Below, in pieces: positions 1-9,956 of a stretch of 18,831 nucleotides of DNA. Origin of the DNA: Candidatus Thorarchaeota archaeon (lineage in GTDB: Archaea > Asgardarchaeota > Thorarchaeia > Thorarchaeales > Thorarchaeaceae); NCBI GenBank assembly GCA_048884785.1, contig JBHLQM010000046.1, positions 1 through 18,831 of the forward strand, given 5' to 3'. A program made the position numbers and the translations under genes. Within the stretch, counting starts at the first letter, position 1. Every line of letters starts with the position of its first letter. Below the pieces are notes generated by a model that saw only the letters and a program-made list of their open reading frames with translations, was not told the DNA's origin and did no database searches.

Positions 1-1
1 T

Positions 2-88
2 CTACTTTTAGTCGCAGGTACACATAGACTAGGATTGGTGCGAGTGATTCGCACCTCTACCTATTCAGAAAAATCAGAAGAAAACTAA
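2..88 (+). CDS. 3' end of a gene entering from the left edge (…LLLVAGTHRLGLVRVIRTSTYSEKSEEN*), probably a membrane protein
   Basis: Open frame from 2 to TAA 86-88. The stop overlaps the TAG of the convergent gene at 85-87. It has a hydrophobic start and a charged tail. Confidence 0.45.
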   Translation, partial: LLLVAGTHRLGLVRVIRTSTYSEKSEEN

Positions 89-378
89 CTTCTCCAAAGC
101 TCAGCCTTGCTTCGCTCGTGGTCTTCTATTGCAACTTCAAGAGTTTTGATCAACCTGCTGGCTTCTTCTATGTTAAGCAGAAATGAGCCCTTAATGTCAC
201 GATCCTCGCCAATGGAAACACGTATTTTTCCATCATTGACCCAACCCTCAGAAGTCTTGGTTGGTTCACTCAGTTGTACTTCCAGCCAGGTCCTGCGCTT
301 AGCACCACTATCGCGGTCATCGAAAAAATGTTTGAGCTGAAGACGCCGTCCGTACTCGTATGTTTTTTGAGATGCCAT
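85..378 (-). CDS. Small conserved-looking hypothetical protein (97 aa), predicted beta-strands plus C-terminal helix (PC4/Whirly-like topology possible)
   Basis: ATG with GAGGT SD (386-390) and a protein-like amphipathic pattern. A T-rich tract follows the stop on the - strand. Confidence 0.8.
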   Translation of the reverse strand: MASQKTYEYGRRLQLKHFFDDRDSGAKRRTWLEVQLSEPTKTSEGWVNDGKIRVSIGEDRDIKGSFLLNIEEASRLIKTLEVAIEDHERSKAELWRS

Positions 379-426
379 TTTATCTACCTCATAGGATAGT
401 CCTCGGGAAACCTAAAGACCTCATAT

Positions 427-451
427 CTCGGCGATGCCGAGTTGAATTCAA
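427..451 (-). terminator. Hairpin CTCGGC-GAT-GCCGAG plus palindrome TTGAATTCAA just downstream of the 462-1370 gene
   Basis: Perfect 6-bp GC-rich stem at 427-441 and a 10-bp palindrome at 442-451 in the intergenic gap. The function is inferred from position. Confidence 0.3.
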
Positions 452-461
452 TGCAGTTCGA

Positions 462-1370
462 TTATGTCGTTGCGTCGGAGATTATCTTATGACGCACTAG
501 TAGCAAGCTGAATGGAACGATTGCATAAAATCCCAGTATGATAATGTTGAGGGGAATGAGAACAGGCGACGGGATTCCATCAGTAACAAGACCTCCAATC
601 AGTGAGAATCCTGCAGCTATGCAGGTGTAAGCGACCATCAATTCAAACAGAGCTTTGAATATCTCAAGAGGTCTAACTGATTTGATTTCTTCTAGGTCAT
701 GATTCCGCAGGTAGTTGAGTGCCTTTGTAGTTATGTACATACTAAGCAAGACTGATACAACAAGAATAGAACCAAGCGTTCCTTCACCATACGATGGGAT
801 AATTGCCATTCCAGCAGATAGACAGAAAAGTATTCCAAAAGCGATGACTGTTCCAAAGATTATTGGACCTATCAGCACGCTTGCCACGGTGTGAATAGTA
901 AAGTCAACGTAGAAATCCCGATCACGCAACTTCTGCAGGTGCGTTGTAGAGAGAGAGACAAGATAGAGACCCAGAAAACCACCGTAGAGAAATAAACTAG
1001 CAAAATCACGGAGGAATACTTGAAGTAATGGCAGGTATTGTGTAATTTGGCGAGAATCTATTGAGAAAAGAAGCAGAAATGAGAGGCTCATCACTGGAAG
1101 AATATGGAGAATTCCTTTGATATTCCAATAATGGTTCCGCGATTCGTAGAATATCAAAAGAGAAAGTAAACCGAAACCAAATATCGCAAAGTAGGCTGTT
1201 TGTGTTGGACTCCATATAATGAACGGACTAAACCCGAATTCGGTGAATGTGAAATCTAGCGATAGAAGTGCAAATGAATAGAGAATAAACAAAGTCAACA
1301 GCACAAAAGCCAATGCAGCTCTTGAGATCGTGGTTCTACTTGCGTCATTGCTTTGCTTTTCCAAAATCAT
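462..1370 (-). CDS. Hypothetical integral membrane protein (~8-9 TM segments)
   Basis: 302-aa ORF with repeated hydrophobic stretches and a GGGAG upstream of the ATG. No recognisable family motif. Confidence 0.75.
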   Translation of the reverse strand: MILEKQSNDASRTTISRAALAFVLLTLFILYSFALLSLDFTFTEFGFSPFIIWSPTQTAYFAIFGFGLLSLLIFYESRNHYWNIKGILHILPVMSLSFLLLFSIDSRQITQYLPLLQVFLRDFASLFLYGGFLGLYLVSLSTTHLQKLRDRDFYVDFTIHTVASVLIGPIIFGTVIAFGILFCLSAGMAIIPSYGEGTLGSILVVSVLLSMYITTKALNYLRNHDLEEIKSVRPLEIFKALFELMVAYTCIAAGFSLIGGLVTDGIPSPVLIPLNIIILGFYAIVPFSLLLVRHKIISDATT

Positions 1371-1436
1371 CTCCCACTTACACTAAGGCTGTTTTGCATT
1401 TTATTCTGCGTATTCGAGCAGAGGTCTAATGTAGAG

Positions 1437-2609
1437 TTAGTAGGTTCTAAATTCATTTGCCGCATCAAACATAGCCACTATGTTTTCTGCGGGCACCTCT
1501 GAAGTAATGTTATGGATGTTAGACGCAATATAGCCTCCACCGGGCATCAAACAGCTCATGTTATACTTGACTTCAGTTCTAATCTCTTCTGGAGTGCCAA
1601 ATGGGAGAGTTCTTTGTGTATCACATAGTCCACCCCAGAAGGTGATCATATGGCCAAAACGTTTCTTTAGGCTGCAAGGTTCCATATCTTTTGCTCCAAT
1701 TTGGACTGGGTTTATTGCATCATACCCAATTTCTGAAAAATGTGGGATGAATTGAGCAATCGCTCCACAACTATGGTAGTTGATCTTTATGTCCGCTAAA
1801 GAGTGAAGTTTCTCAGAGAACCTCCTTTCTATTGGTTTGATCAATGGTTCATAGATTCTCTCGGGGCTCATGATAGGACCTGCTTGCTCAGCCAAATCAC
1901 CATTATTTGACAGGATGTCCACGTAATAGGTGTCACCAAACTTGATTTCTTCCAGAAAGGTTGTAGTGTACTCAGTCCAATACTTCTCTAGCTCTTCCAT
2001 TGCAGCCAGAATCAGTTCTGGATTTCGATGCATATGCATCATAGCTTTCTTGAAGCCAAACATGAATGTCGTGTATTCATATATGCAACCAACTGGAGGT
2101 GTTGCGAGTGCATATTCCGTTGATTCTCTATACTTCTTCGCCTGCTCCCTTAGGCCCTTCAAAGGTCCTTTGTCAGTACCATCAGGCCATTCATATTCTC
2201 GAATTTCCTGAACAGTTTTCATCTCGCTGAGAGGATGAATCACTGGGTCGTAGTAGAGTATCTCTTCCAGGTCCTTCTCTGCACTATTCCCCCAGAATAC
2301 TCCAAACTGATCATAGACTCCCTGGAATTTTCCCTCTACTTCAGGAATGAATCTCTCGGGCTTTAGGGCGGATGGAGGATGCAACCAACGAATATCGATT
2401 TTGAAACGTTCAAGAAGTGCCTCAGATGGCTTTACTGCCTGTTGTACAAAATCACTGTAGTGTATCTTGGGATCATCGATGTCGAGATATTCTAGGAGGT
2501 TTCTGTAGGCAATAAGATGGATTCCTGATACATTCCCGCCCAAATCAAGGGGAGCCATATCAGGTTCCCTGTGGTCTAACGCCATTAATACGCGCTCACG
2601 AGAGTTCAT
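1437..2609 (-). CDS. Uroporphyrinogen decarboxylase (URO-D)-fold protein, MtaA/CmuA-like methylcobamide methyltransferase family
   Basis: N-terminal MNSRERVLMALDHREPD, Zn-ligand HSCG, ITFWGGLCDTQRTLPFGTPEEIR and C-terminal PGGGYIASNIHNI..VPAENIVAMFDA. It lies next to a corrinoid protein gene. Confidence 0.9.
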   Translation of the reverse strand: MNSRERVLMALDHREPDMAPLDLGGNVSGIHLIAYRNLLEYLDIDDPKIHYSDFVQQAVKPSEALLERFKIDIRWLHPPSALKPERFIPEVEGKFQGVYDQFGVFWGNSAEKDLEEILYYDPVIHPLSEMKTVQEIREYEWPDGTDKGPLKGLREQAKKYRESTEYALATPPVGCIYEYTTFMFGFKKAMMHMHRNPELILAAMEELEKYWTEYTTTFLEEIKFGDTYYVDILSNNGDLAEQAGPIMSPERIYEPLIKPIERRFSEKLHSLADIKINYHSCGAIAQFIPHFSEIGYDAINPVQIGAKDMEPCSLKKRFGHMITFWGGLCDTQRTLPFGTPEEIRTEVKYNMSCLMPGGGYIASNIHNITSEVPAENIVAMFDAANEFRTY

Positions 2610-2611
2610 TA

Positions 2612-2735
2612 TTAGTATACTCCATATTTTTTAAATAGACTCCAAGCAATTTCGAGATTTCGGACGGCAATATCCAGCGGTTCCCAAGGCCACTCACAAC
2701 CTGCGGCAAACATGTATCTGAACCAGGTTGCTTTC
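2612..2735 (-). pseudogene. C-terminal remnant of a second URO-D/MtaA-family methyltransferase gene
   Basis: The - strand frame reads …RYMFAAGCEWPWEPLDIAVRNLEIAWSLFKKYGVY* (TAA 2612-2614), resembling the MtaA-type C-terminus (GCE…P..N….KYG.Y). The frame is closed upstream by TGA. Its stop lies 2 nt before the intact gene's ATG. Confidence 0.65.
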
Positions 2736-2774
2736 CAGTTGCTACAAAGAACCCCTAAATTGATGAAATGGGCT

Positions 2775-2845
2775 AAACCAGCTCATATACCCTCTGTAAA
2801 AAAAGAATATTAGCTGGTTTCAAGTTTCAGTATACCAACCAGCTA
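2775..2845. promoter_or_regulatory. Three alternating AACCAGCT boxes in the divergent UroD/corrinoid promoter
   Basis: AAACCAGCT 2775-2783, TAGCTGGTTT 2811-2820 and AACCAGCTA 2837-2845 form two 9-bp inverted-repeat pairs sharing the middle box. Confidence 0.5.
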
Positions 2846-2862
2846 GAGAGTGTTGATTGCAG

Positions 2863-3492
2863 ATGTCACTAGAAGAGATAACAAAGATGCTTGTTGATTT
2901 GGATGTTGACAACATCGCAGCAACTGCTCGACAGATTATTGATGGCGGTACTGATCCTCAAGAAGTCTTGAAAGCACTTACCACGGGAATGAATGAAGTG
3001 GGAAATAAGTATGAGCAGGGTGAGTATTTTCTCACAGAGCTGGTGCTTGCAGGTGAAACAATGAAAGAAGCTTTTGCAGTCATCAAGCCACGCCTTGCTC
3101 TAGATGAAACAGGAGCCAGAAAGCCTGTGGTGATTGCGACAGTAAAGGGCGATAATCACGATATCGGGAAGAACATTCTTGGCACTATGCTCATCTCTGC
3201 AGGATATGATGTCATTGATCTTGGAATAGATGTTTCAAAAGAAACGATTGTTGAAACAGTAAAGAAGCACAATGTGAAAGTAGTCGCTTTGAGCTGTCTG
3301 TTAACAATGACGATTAAAGAGATATCAGCAGTTAATGATGCATTGAGAGAGGCAGGCCTGAGAGACAAGGTTCGACTCATTGTTGGAGGTGCTCCTTTGA
3401 GCATGGAGCTTGCGAGAAATCTTGGAGCAGATGATTATGGTGCTGATGCAATTGATGGGGTGAAAAGAATAGGTGCGTTATTGGAGCGATAG
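2863..3492 (+). CDS. Methyltransferase-cognate corrinoid (B12-binding) protein, MttC/MtbC-like
   Basis: Cap domain (GMNEVGNKYEQGEYFLTEL) plus B12 motif GDNHDIGKN…SCLLT…IVGGAP. The start is ATG 2863 or TTG 2857. Confidence 0.93.
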   Translation: MSLEEITKMLVDLDVDNIAATARQIIDGGTDPQEVLKALTTGMNEVGNKYEQGEYFLTELVLAGETMKEAFAVIKPRLALDETGARKPVVIATVKGDNHDIGKNILGTMLISAGYDVIDLGIDVSKETIVETVKKHNVKVVALSCLLTMTIKEISAVNDALREAGLRDKVRLIVGGAPLSMELARNLGADDYGADAIDGVKRIGALLER

Positions 3493-3497
3493 ACCCT

Positions 3498-3758
3498 TTG
3501 GATGCATCCACATGTGTTCTAAAAGCTCTCAATCATGAGGAGCCAGACCGTGTACCATCATTTGAGACTACATTCACCAACAACACAATCATGGAGTACC
3601 ATGGAGTTCCTTCAAGAGAAATTGTCAGTGGAGTGGACTATTACGCAATCAGGATTGCTGTTGCACATGTCAGAACATCCTACATCGGACCTCTTTGGGT
3701 AGCAAGTCCCTGATTTCGCCATACTATCAGCGCAGTGCAGGAGATTTATCTGGAATAA
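3498..3758 (+). pseudogene. Truncated URO-D/MtaA-family gene (N-terminal stub, possibly with a degenerate C-terminal tail)
   Basis: Starts with the family signature VLKALNHEEPDRVP.FE but stops after 71 aa (TGA 3711-3713), whereas the family is ~350-390 aa. The in-frame tail FRHTISAVQEIYLE* loosely resembles the terminal helix. Confidence 0.7.
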
Positions 3759-3780
3759 CCAATAGATATTCTCAACGAGT

Positions 3781-4779
3781 ATGATAGATGATTGGTTGCA
3801 GACCGCACTTGAAGAAACATCCAAGCTCTATGGATTTCAAATTGACAAGCTTGTGAAACTCGCTGGTGGATTTGAAAACAAGATATTTGGATATGATTCT
3901 CCTAAGTCAAAGCTCGTAGTGCGTGTAACCCCACCAGGCCACAAGACCCCTGCTGAAGTACATGCCGAAATGGATTGGCTAGTCTATCTTCAGACAAATA
4001 GTGCTCCCGTTGAGCATGTGATCGCATCCAAGAATGAGAATCTTGTGGAAATAGCTGATACTGATGAAGGACCTATCTCCGTTGTCTGCTTTGAGTGGGC
4101 ATCGGGAAAACTAGTATCAAAAGATGACTTCTCTCCAGAGCTCTTTCGGTCTTGGGGAAAAGCCGTTGGTATGATGCATAGACTCACAAAAGACTACAAA
4201 CGAAAAACTCAGTCTAAGCGTATTCAGTGGTATGACGACAAGTACTTGAATCGAGATCTTATTCCATCAGACCAAGAACTAGTTCTTCAGAGATTTGATT
4301 CCCTCATTGACCACTTCAAGAAACAGACGCCTCTGGAAGATAATTTTGGTATGATTCACGAAGATGTGCACAATGGCAACTTATTGCTTGATGGAAACCA
4401 ACTGACAGTTCTCGATTTTGACGATTGTGTATATGGCTTCTTCATTTTCGATATAGCAAATGCGCTTGGGTTCTCAATCTGGCAGAAACCAGATGACATG
4501 AATAACAACCAGTTTGCAGAATTCTATTTGAAGCACTTCATGGCGGGTTATCATGAAGAGAATCAATTAGACCAGTCAATCATGGAAGAAGACTTTCCAA
4601 AAGCATTGAAACTCTTTGAATTCATCCACTATAATGCATTCAACATGGATTATGACCTTGCAGGTAGTGGTTCCTTTGACTCATTGAATAGCAAGACACA
4701 GCAGATTCTGAAGAGATATAGAGATAGTATCGAGAATGATCTTCCATACATTGAGAATACCTTCAATCCTTACACCTGA
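3781..4779 (+). CDS. Aminoglycoside phosphotransferase / choline kinase / type II homoserine kinase-like phosphotransferase
   Basis: GGFEN N-lobe motif, Brenner motif IHEDVHNGN, LDFDD and FDIA. Confidence 0.9.
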   Translation: MIDDWLQTALEETSKLYGFQIDKLVKLAGGFENKIFGYDSPKSKLVVRVTPPGHKTPAEVHAEMDWLVYLQTNSAPVEHVIASKNENLVEIADTDEGPISVVCFEWASGKLVSKDDFSPELFRSWGKAVGMMHRLTKDYKRKTQSKRIQWYDDKYLNRDLIPSDQELVLQRFDSLIDHFKKQTPLEDNFGMIHEDVHNGNLLLDGNQLTVLDFDDCVYGFFIFDIANALGFSIWQKPDDMNNNQFAEFYLKHFMAGYHEENQLDQSIMEEDFPKALKLFEFIHYNAFNMDYDLAGSGSFDSLNSKTQQILKRYRDSIENDLPYIENTFNPYT

Positions 4780-4829
4780 TGTAATTCCTCTAACTAACCA
4801 TTGAAAAGCATTAGAACGAATTTTCCGCT

Positions 4830-5354
4830 ATGGAAATTGCTACATTTGGAGCTGGTTGCTTCTGGTGTACAGAAGCTGTGTTTCAGCAGCTCAAGGGAGT
4901 CGAATCAGTGGTATCGGGCTATTCTGGAGGCCATGTTGACAATCCGACCTACAAACAAGTCACAACAGGCACTACTGGACATGCAGAGGTGACACAGATA
5001 TCCTTTGATCCTGAAATCATCGGCTTTGAAGAACTACTAGAGGTGTTTTTCACTACTCATGATCCGACAACCCTGAATCGACAGGGAAACGATGCTGGAA
5101 CTCAATATCGTTCAGTCGTTTTTTATCATAACGAGGAGCAACGGGAAATCGCTGATAGGATGAAATCAGAATTGAGTGAGAAAAGGGTCTGGAAGAATCC
5201 AATAGTTACTGAGATAGTCCCCTTAAAGAAATTCTATCCAGCTGAAGACTATCATCAGAATTACTATAGAAACAATCCCAATGAAGGCTATTGCCGTTTC
5301 GTAATCAAGCCTAAACTAGACAAGTTTGAGAAAACATTCAAACTCAAGCTTTAA
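4830..5354 (+). CDS. msrA: Peptide-methionine (S)-S-oxide reductase MsrA
   Basis: [32 protein letters not shown] and [12 protein letters not shown]…GYC. Confidence 0.98.
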   Translation: MEIATFGAGCFWCTEAVFQQLKGVESVVSGYSGGHVDNPTYKQVTTGTTGHAEVTQISFDPEIIGFEELLEVFFTTHDPTTLNRQGNDAGTQYRSVVFYHNEEQREIADRMKSELSEKRVWKNPIVTEIVPLKKFYPAEDYHQNYYRNNPNEGYCRFVIKPKLDKFEKTFKLKL

Positions 5355-5492
5355 TGACCTGATTTATACACCATAGTGATTAATTGCATTAATGACAGAT
5401 TCTATTCATCTAGCTCATGCAATTCATAGAGTCTTTCACAAGTCTAAATCAAATGAGCTAGTTCAAGACCTGAGCTGCTTGGGTGTGCTACA

Positions 5493-6299
5493 GTGTCAGA
5501 ACTGGAACCAGATCAACTGTATGTGTTCTGCAACATATGCAAGGAGAACGTCCCCATCGAGGTTGGTGAGAGTGAAATAGAGGCCTCCACTTCTGGTCTT
5601 ACCACCGTAATTTCAGTACATGGTTCCCCTCAGCATGCCATTCTCGTATATCTGGACAAGCAGATGAAAGCACGAGGTGTCGAGTATCCATCTGTCCTGC
5701 AAGTAGAGGGAGCCCCCACAGTAGATGGAGCAAGTGAGTTGCCAAAAGAAGAGGTTCTCTATGACCTCGAGTCCGTCATCAGTGCTTTCGGGGAAAAGGA
5801 AGAGTCTGCCATAAGAGCCTTTGTACAGATCATCTCACAGATTATAGTGCGAAATAATGTCTATCTTGTTCATAATAATAGAAGCATTGGGAAAGTGGTG
5901 AAAGGCCAACTTGATGCTCTATTTGCTGATCAGAAGACCTCTCTCGAGGTCATCAGCTACGATGAGATAGATGGTGTAGCTGGAATGCGACCCACGATCT
6001 TCGACCTTCAATATGGAACGTTCATCTCTGAGGGCATCAAGATTGAAACCGTCTACTTTGAGAATCTCGTTGAAGACGCCCTTTCCCACATCAACGGATT
6101 TAATCTGTTGAGAAATGAATTCAGCAAGCTCATGTTTTCATATAGAAGGCTCTGGGAACTGCTGACTAGCGGAGCGAAAAAATATACACAAAAGAGAATA
6201 GCTTACTTAGTTTCAATAGATCATGCTCTCATTCCATTGCTGCTTCAGATAGCAGAGAATGATGGAATCGATGTTAGCTCGAGAGTTGGAGAAGACTAG
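5493..6299 (+). CDS. Hypothetical protein with an N-terminal CxxC/His Zn-binding module, central alpha/beta domain and possible C-terminal HTH
   Basis: CNIC…HGSPQH…VYLD….RGVE N-terminal module. Clean 268-aa ORF. Confidence 0.75.
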   Translation: MSELEPDQLYVFCNICKENVPIEVGESEIEASTSGLTTVISVHGSPQHAILVYLDKQMKARGVEYPSVLQVEGAPTVDGASELPKEEVLYDLESVISAFGEKEESAIRAFVQIISQIIVRNNVYLVHNNRSIGKVVKGQLDALFADQKTSLEVISYDEIDGVAGMRPTIFDLQYGTFISEGIKIETVYFENLVEDALSHINGFNLLRNEFSKLMFSYRRLWELLTSGAKKYTQKRIAYLVSIDHALIPLLLQIAENDGIDVSSRVGED

Positions 6300-6411
6300 T
6301 GTTTCCCAAAACTGATTTCAGACTTTTAATTCTAGATGGGTAATTGAATTCTTTATGGTCACAAGGTTATGCGGATATGAAAGAAACAATTCCTCAATGA
6401 TTGGTCGAAAC

Positions 6412-6963
6412 CTAGGATGACACGATAGACTTAGCAGACGAGGGATTTAGTCTAAGCAGCTCTTCTGCATACTCTCTATTGCGAATTTGAAGAACCATCA
6501 TTCCAGCTCCTTCCGAACTGTCAAGAACCTTTATAGCTTTTTCAAGCTCACTAGGACCACCCACATAGCTGGTGATCATAATTCCAATTATGACTAGTGC
6601 AATAAGAAGAATAGTCATCAAATCCAGAACTCCAGTAAGAGCAAATGATCCCAAGAGGAACATCCCCAGAAAGAGAGCAAGGACTATGAGGAGACCGCTA
6701 CAAATACCACAGGGACCTCGCAGCCTTGCTGTTTCTTCGAAGGAAATAGCATGTCTTTCACATACTGGCACTGAGAATCTATGCATGCCTGTGCCATACC
6801 TCTTATCCATGCGGCTCATTGACCAGAAATGCCCACTTCCTGCAAATGAAGTATGACGCGTTGCAGCCTGTGCTGTTCCTCTATCAAGGGCAGACATGGC
6901 GGGGATAGTGCCTTCATCTTCTGCGGGCGCCCCACATACTGGACATCTACTCGGCAGATTCAC
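6412..6963 (-). CDS. Hypothetical membrane protein with split Zn-finger (CPVC…VPVCERH) and two TM helices
   Basis: LPSRCPVCG and PVCERH motifs plus two hydrophobic helices. The frame stays open upstream to CTG 7002 (LSRKYIIQITSSR), so the start may be earlier. Confidence 0.75.
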   Translation of the reverse strand: MNLPSRCPVCGAPAEDEGTIPAMSALDRGTAQAATRHTSFAGSGHFWSMSRMDKRYGTGMHRFSVPVCERHAISFEETARLRGPCGICSGLLIVLALFLGMFLLGSFALTGVLDLMTILLIALVIIGIMITSYVGGPSELEKAIKVLDSSEGAGMMVLQIRNREYAEELLRLNPSSAKSIVSS

Positions 6964-7125
6964 CCTACTTGAGGTGATCTGAATTATGTACTTTCTACTC
7001 AGCTTTACTCATCTCCACGATTCCGTTATTGCCTCTTTGTGCAATTCTTGGATATGAAAGGTTTTCTCTTTTCACAATGATATTCAGCTCAACCTCTCGT
7101 AGTGGCGCCTAGTTCCATTGACTAT

Positions 7126-7142
7126 ATCCATCATTGATGGAT
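7126..7142 (-). terminator. Inverted repeat ATCCATCA-T-TGATGGAT just downstream of copA
   Basis: Perfect 8-bp arms 10 nt past the copA stop. The role (terminator or binding site) is uncertain. Confidence 0.3.
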
Positions 7143-7152
7143 CTATGGCAAT

Positions 7153-9849
7153 TTACGGAATCGCGGGTTCAGTTGCGTTGTCTTCCTCGTACTGTTTAGG
7201 ATCTGCTTCAAAGGTTTCTTTACAATACTGATTGCAGAAGTAATAGCGCTTACCGTTGTAATCGCTATAGAGGTCAGCAGTAGCAATCTCTACCTTCATT
7301 TTGCATATAGGGTCAATAGCAACGTCTCCCTCTTGATAGGCTGCAATCGGCGTATCGACTAGTGGTTCAGAGTTTTTCTCTGTTTTGAAGCGGTTCAGAG
7401 TCAGAGCATTAGCAACAACGCTTACACTTGATAGCGCCATTGCAAGCCCTGCAAATTCAGGCCTCAAGACTAAACCAGCTGATGGGAATAAAAGCCCCGC
7501 AGCAATTGGTAAAAGCACAATATTATATATTAATGCCCAGAAGAACCCTTGTTTTATTTTGGACATTGTACGGCTGCCCAACTGAATTCCTGTGACTACA
7601 TCGAGTAGGTCATCCTTGACCAATACAATATCTCCTGTTTCAACTGAAACGTCGGTTCCTGATCCCAGAGCAATTCCTACATCTGCTTGTGCTAGAGCTA
7701 CTGCATCGTTTACACCATCACCGGCCATTGCTACAATTCGATTTTCACTCTGTAGCTCCTTGATTTTCTCAGCCTTATCAGCCGGTAGGACTTCTGCTAA
7801 TACTCTCTTAATACCAACAGTTTCTGCTATGGATAGAGCAGTTGCTTCTTTATCGCCTGTGATCATCCAAACCTCTATACCCATTTCCTTGAGTTTATCA
7901 ACAGCACGTATTGAGGAATCCTTGAGCTTGTCAGCAATTGCAATCAGTGCGAGCATGCGTCCATCAATAGCTGCAAAGACAGTCGTCTTTCCTTTCTCCT
8001 GTAACTTAATCCCTTGTGCTTCAGCATCAAGAATATCCACAGAATTTTCCCTCATGAACCTGTCATTGCCTATAATCACTAACTGGCCTTCGACTGAAGC
8101 TTGCACTCCTCTTCCTGTAGTTGAGATAAAGTCAGAAGCAGATGGGATTTCAATGTTAAGTTTCTCGGTGTATTGTACAATCGCTTCAGCAAGGGGATGT
8201 TCACTATTCTTTTCCACTGATGAGATAAGACGCAAAGCTTCTCCTTCACTGAAATCGTCATAGGTAATAATGTCTGTTACTGTTGGTTTTCCAATTGTGA
8301 GCGTCCCTGTTTTGTCAAATACCATAGTATCAACTGTTGGAATGACTTCAAGACCCTCACCAGCCTTTATCAAGATTCCATGTTGTGCACCTTTTCCAAT
8401 CCCAACCATTATCGCTGTTGGTGTGGCCAATCCCAAAGCGCAGGGACAGGCAGCTACAAGCACTGCAATGGTAAAGGTTAGAGATTGGGTCAATTCAACT
8501 GATAGGCCAGAAATTGGGGACACTATACCCAAGATTGGAGATATATAGTACCAAAAGATGAAAGTTGAAAGTGCTAAAACAATGACAATTGGTGTAAATC
8601 TGCTCGCAATTGCGTCTGCCTTCCGCTGAATCGGAGGTTTGTTTGTTTGGGCTTCTTCCACGAGTTTTACAATCTGAGAGAGTACTGTGTCCTTCCCAAC
8701 CTTTGTTGCCCTAACTTTTAACACACCATTCTTGTTGATGGTTGCACCTACCACTGTATCTCCTACGGTCTTCTTGACAGCTACGGGTTCTCCTGTGATC
8801 ATTGACTCATCAACACTTGACTTGCCGTCTATGACTTCACCATCTACTGGAACTTTATCACCGGGTCTTATGAGAACGATATCTCCAACCTCCACATCCT
8901 CAATTGGGAGGAGTAGTTCCTCACCATCTCGGATTATTGTGGCTACTTTCGCTTGAAGATCCATCAACTTTCTCATTGCTTTCGATGTACGACCTTTGGC
9001 GATTGCTTCGAGGGTTCTACCAAGTAGTAGGAAACTGATTAGTAGAACTGCTGAATCATAAAAAGGCATGTATTCATTCCACTGAGGGACGAATGTAGTA
9101 ACAACTGAATAGGTGTAAGCAGCACTTGTGCCCAACATTATGAGGGTGTCCATGTTTGTCGTGAAGTGTCGTGCGGCTTTCAATGCAGACTTAAAAAATG
9201 GATATCCTGCAATAAACTGAACCGGCGTTGCAAGAAGGAACATGGCAAGCTTACTAATTTCTTCAGATGGGAAGAGTGGTGCAAGGACTCCGAAGTGTAT
9301 TAAAACAACAGGTATTGACAGAATGACTGAGAAGGCAAGAAGGAGAGAATAAAAACGAATTTCTTTCTCTCGAGCTAAGGATTCTCGATCTGCTTCAATA
9401 CCTTCAGCTTGCTCGACTGCAATTCCAATTTTCTCAAGTATCTTTTTAACAGATTTGTATGTGACCAGATCATCATCATATTCTATCAAAGTACGATTTG
9501 TATCTTTAAATGCAGTAGCAGTTATGACACCATCTTCATCTTCTAGCGTCGCAATAATTTTATCCCAATCTAGAGTGGATGATGATTCACTGAGAGTTAG
9601 GGTCATAGTAGGTCTTCGTGCTCGATACCCTGTAGACGCTACAGCTTTCTCCAAGGTTGTTCTATCAACAGTATGAGTCTTGTATTCGATTACAGCCTTT
9701 TCATCGAGTAGGCTAACATTGGCTCGAATAACTCCTTCTTGACTTGTTAAGGCATTCTCTATTTTGGCAACGCAGGATGCACAATGCATCCCTTCAATAC
9801 GCATCGACATTCTAGATGCAGTGACTTCAGTTTCAGCTTTTTGACTCAT
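7153..9849 (-). CDS. copA: Cu(I)-translocating P1B-1 ATPase with N-terminal HMA, a degenerate second HMA and a C-terminal YHS/TRASH domain
   Basis: [36 protein letters not shown] and MALSS motifs. C-terminal DPICKM…YYFCNQYC. The start is placed at ATG 9849 behind a GGTGG SD, because the longer ORF runs over the operator and padR. Confidence 0.96.
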   Translation of the reverse strand: MSQKAETEVTASRMSMRIEGMHCASCVAKIENALTSQEGVIRANVSLLDEKAVIEYKTHTVDRTTLEKAVASTGYRARRPTMTLTLSESSSTLDWDKIIATLEDEDGVITATAFKDTNRTLIEYDDDLVTYKSVKKILEKIGIAVEQAEGIEADRESLAREKEIRFYSLLLAFSVILSIPVVLIHFGVLAPLFPSEEISKLAMFLLATPVQFIAGYPFFKSALKAARHFTTNMDTLIMLGTSAAYTYSVVTTFVPQWNEYMPFYDSAVLLISFLLLGRTLEAIAKGRTSKAMRKLMDLQAKVATIIRDGEELLLPIEDVEVGDIVLIRPGDKVPVDGEVIDGKSSVDESMITGEPVAVKKTVGDTVVGATINKNGVLKVRATKVGKDTVLSQIVKLVEEAQTNKPPIQRKADAIASRFTPIVIVLALSTFIFWYYISPILGIVSPISGLSVELTQSLTFTIAVLVAACPCALGLATPTAIMVGIGKGAQHGILIKAGEGLEVIPTVDTMVFDKTGTLTIGKPTVTDIITYDDFSEGEALRLISSVEKNSEHPLAEAIVQYTEKLNIEIPSASDFISTTGRGVQASVEGQLVIIGNDRFMRENSVDILDAEAQGIKLQEKGKTTVFAAIDGRMLALIAIADKLKDSSIRAVDKLKEMGIEVWMITGDKEATALSIAETVGIKRVLAEVLPADKAEKIKELQSENRIVAMAGDGVNDAVALAQADVGIALGSGTDVSVETGDIVLVKDDLLDVVTGIQLGSRTMSKIKQGFFWALIYNIVLLPIAAGLLFPSAGLVLRPEFAGLAMALSSVSVVANALTLNRFKTEKNSEPLVDTPIAAYQEGDVAIDPICKMKVEIATADLYSDYNGKRYYFCNQYCKETFEADPKQYEEDNATEPAIP

Positions 9850-9880
9850 TTCTGTCCACCGTAATTGCAATTCAATACAA

Positions 9881-9913
9881 TGTCTTTTCCGATATATCGG
9901 ACACGATATATAA
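9881..9913 (-). promoter_or_regulatory. Operator 1 (TGTC-N6-GATATATC-N6-GATA) overlapping the copA TATA box and predicted TSS
   Basis: Core at 9891-9898 within palindrome TCCGATATATCGGA (9888-9901). TTATATA lies on the - strand at 9913-9907. Confidence 0.85.
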
Positions 9914-9956
9914 GATTTGTGATTGGACCAATTATGATAGGAAACCATTTTGACAA

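Noticed and set aside
37-55. Hairpin GGTGCGA-GTGAT-TCGCACC as a tRNA fragment
   Set aside because: No cloverleaf context. It is more likely a 3' structure of the 85-378 transcript, or chance within the partial edge gene.
3711-3713. TGA followed by 14 more in-frame codons, as possible selenocysteine read-through
   Set aside because: There is no redox-motif context and no SECIS seen. Read-through would still give only ~86 aa of a ~370-aa family, so a pseudogene is simpler.
4830-5354. msrA as part of the metal regulon
   Set aside because: No GATATATC operator upstream, and it is separated from the locus by unrelated genes.
7385-9676. Antisense or off-frame ORFs within copA, and similar ones within the UroD-like, lonC, FTR1 and MFS genes
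   Set aside because: They are shadow ORFs of well-supported genes.
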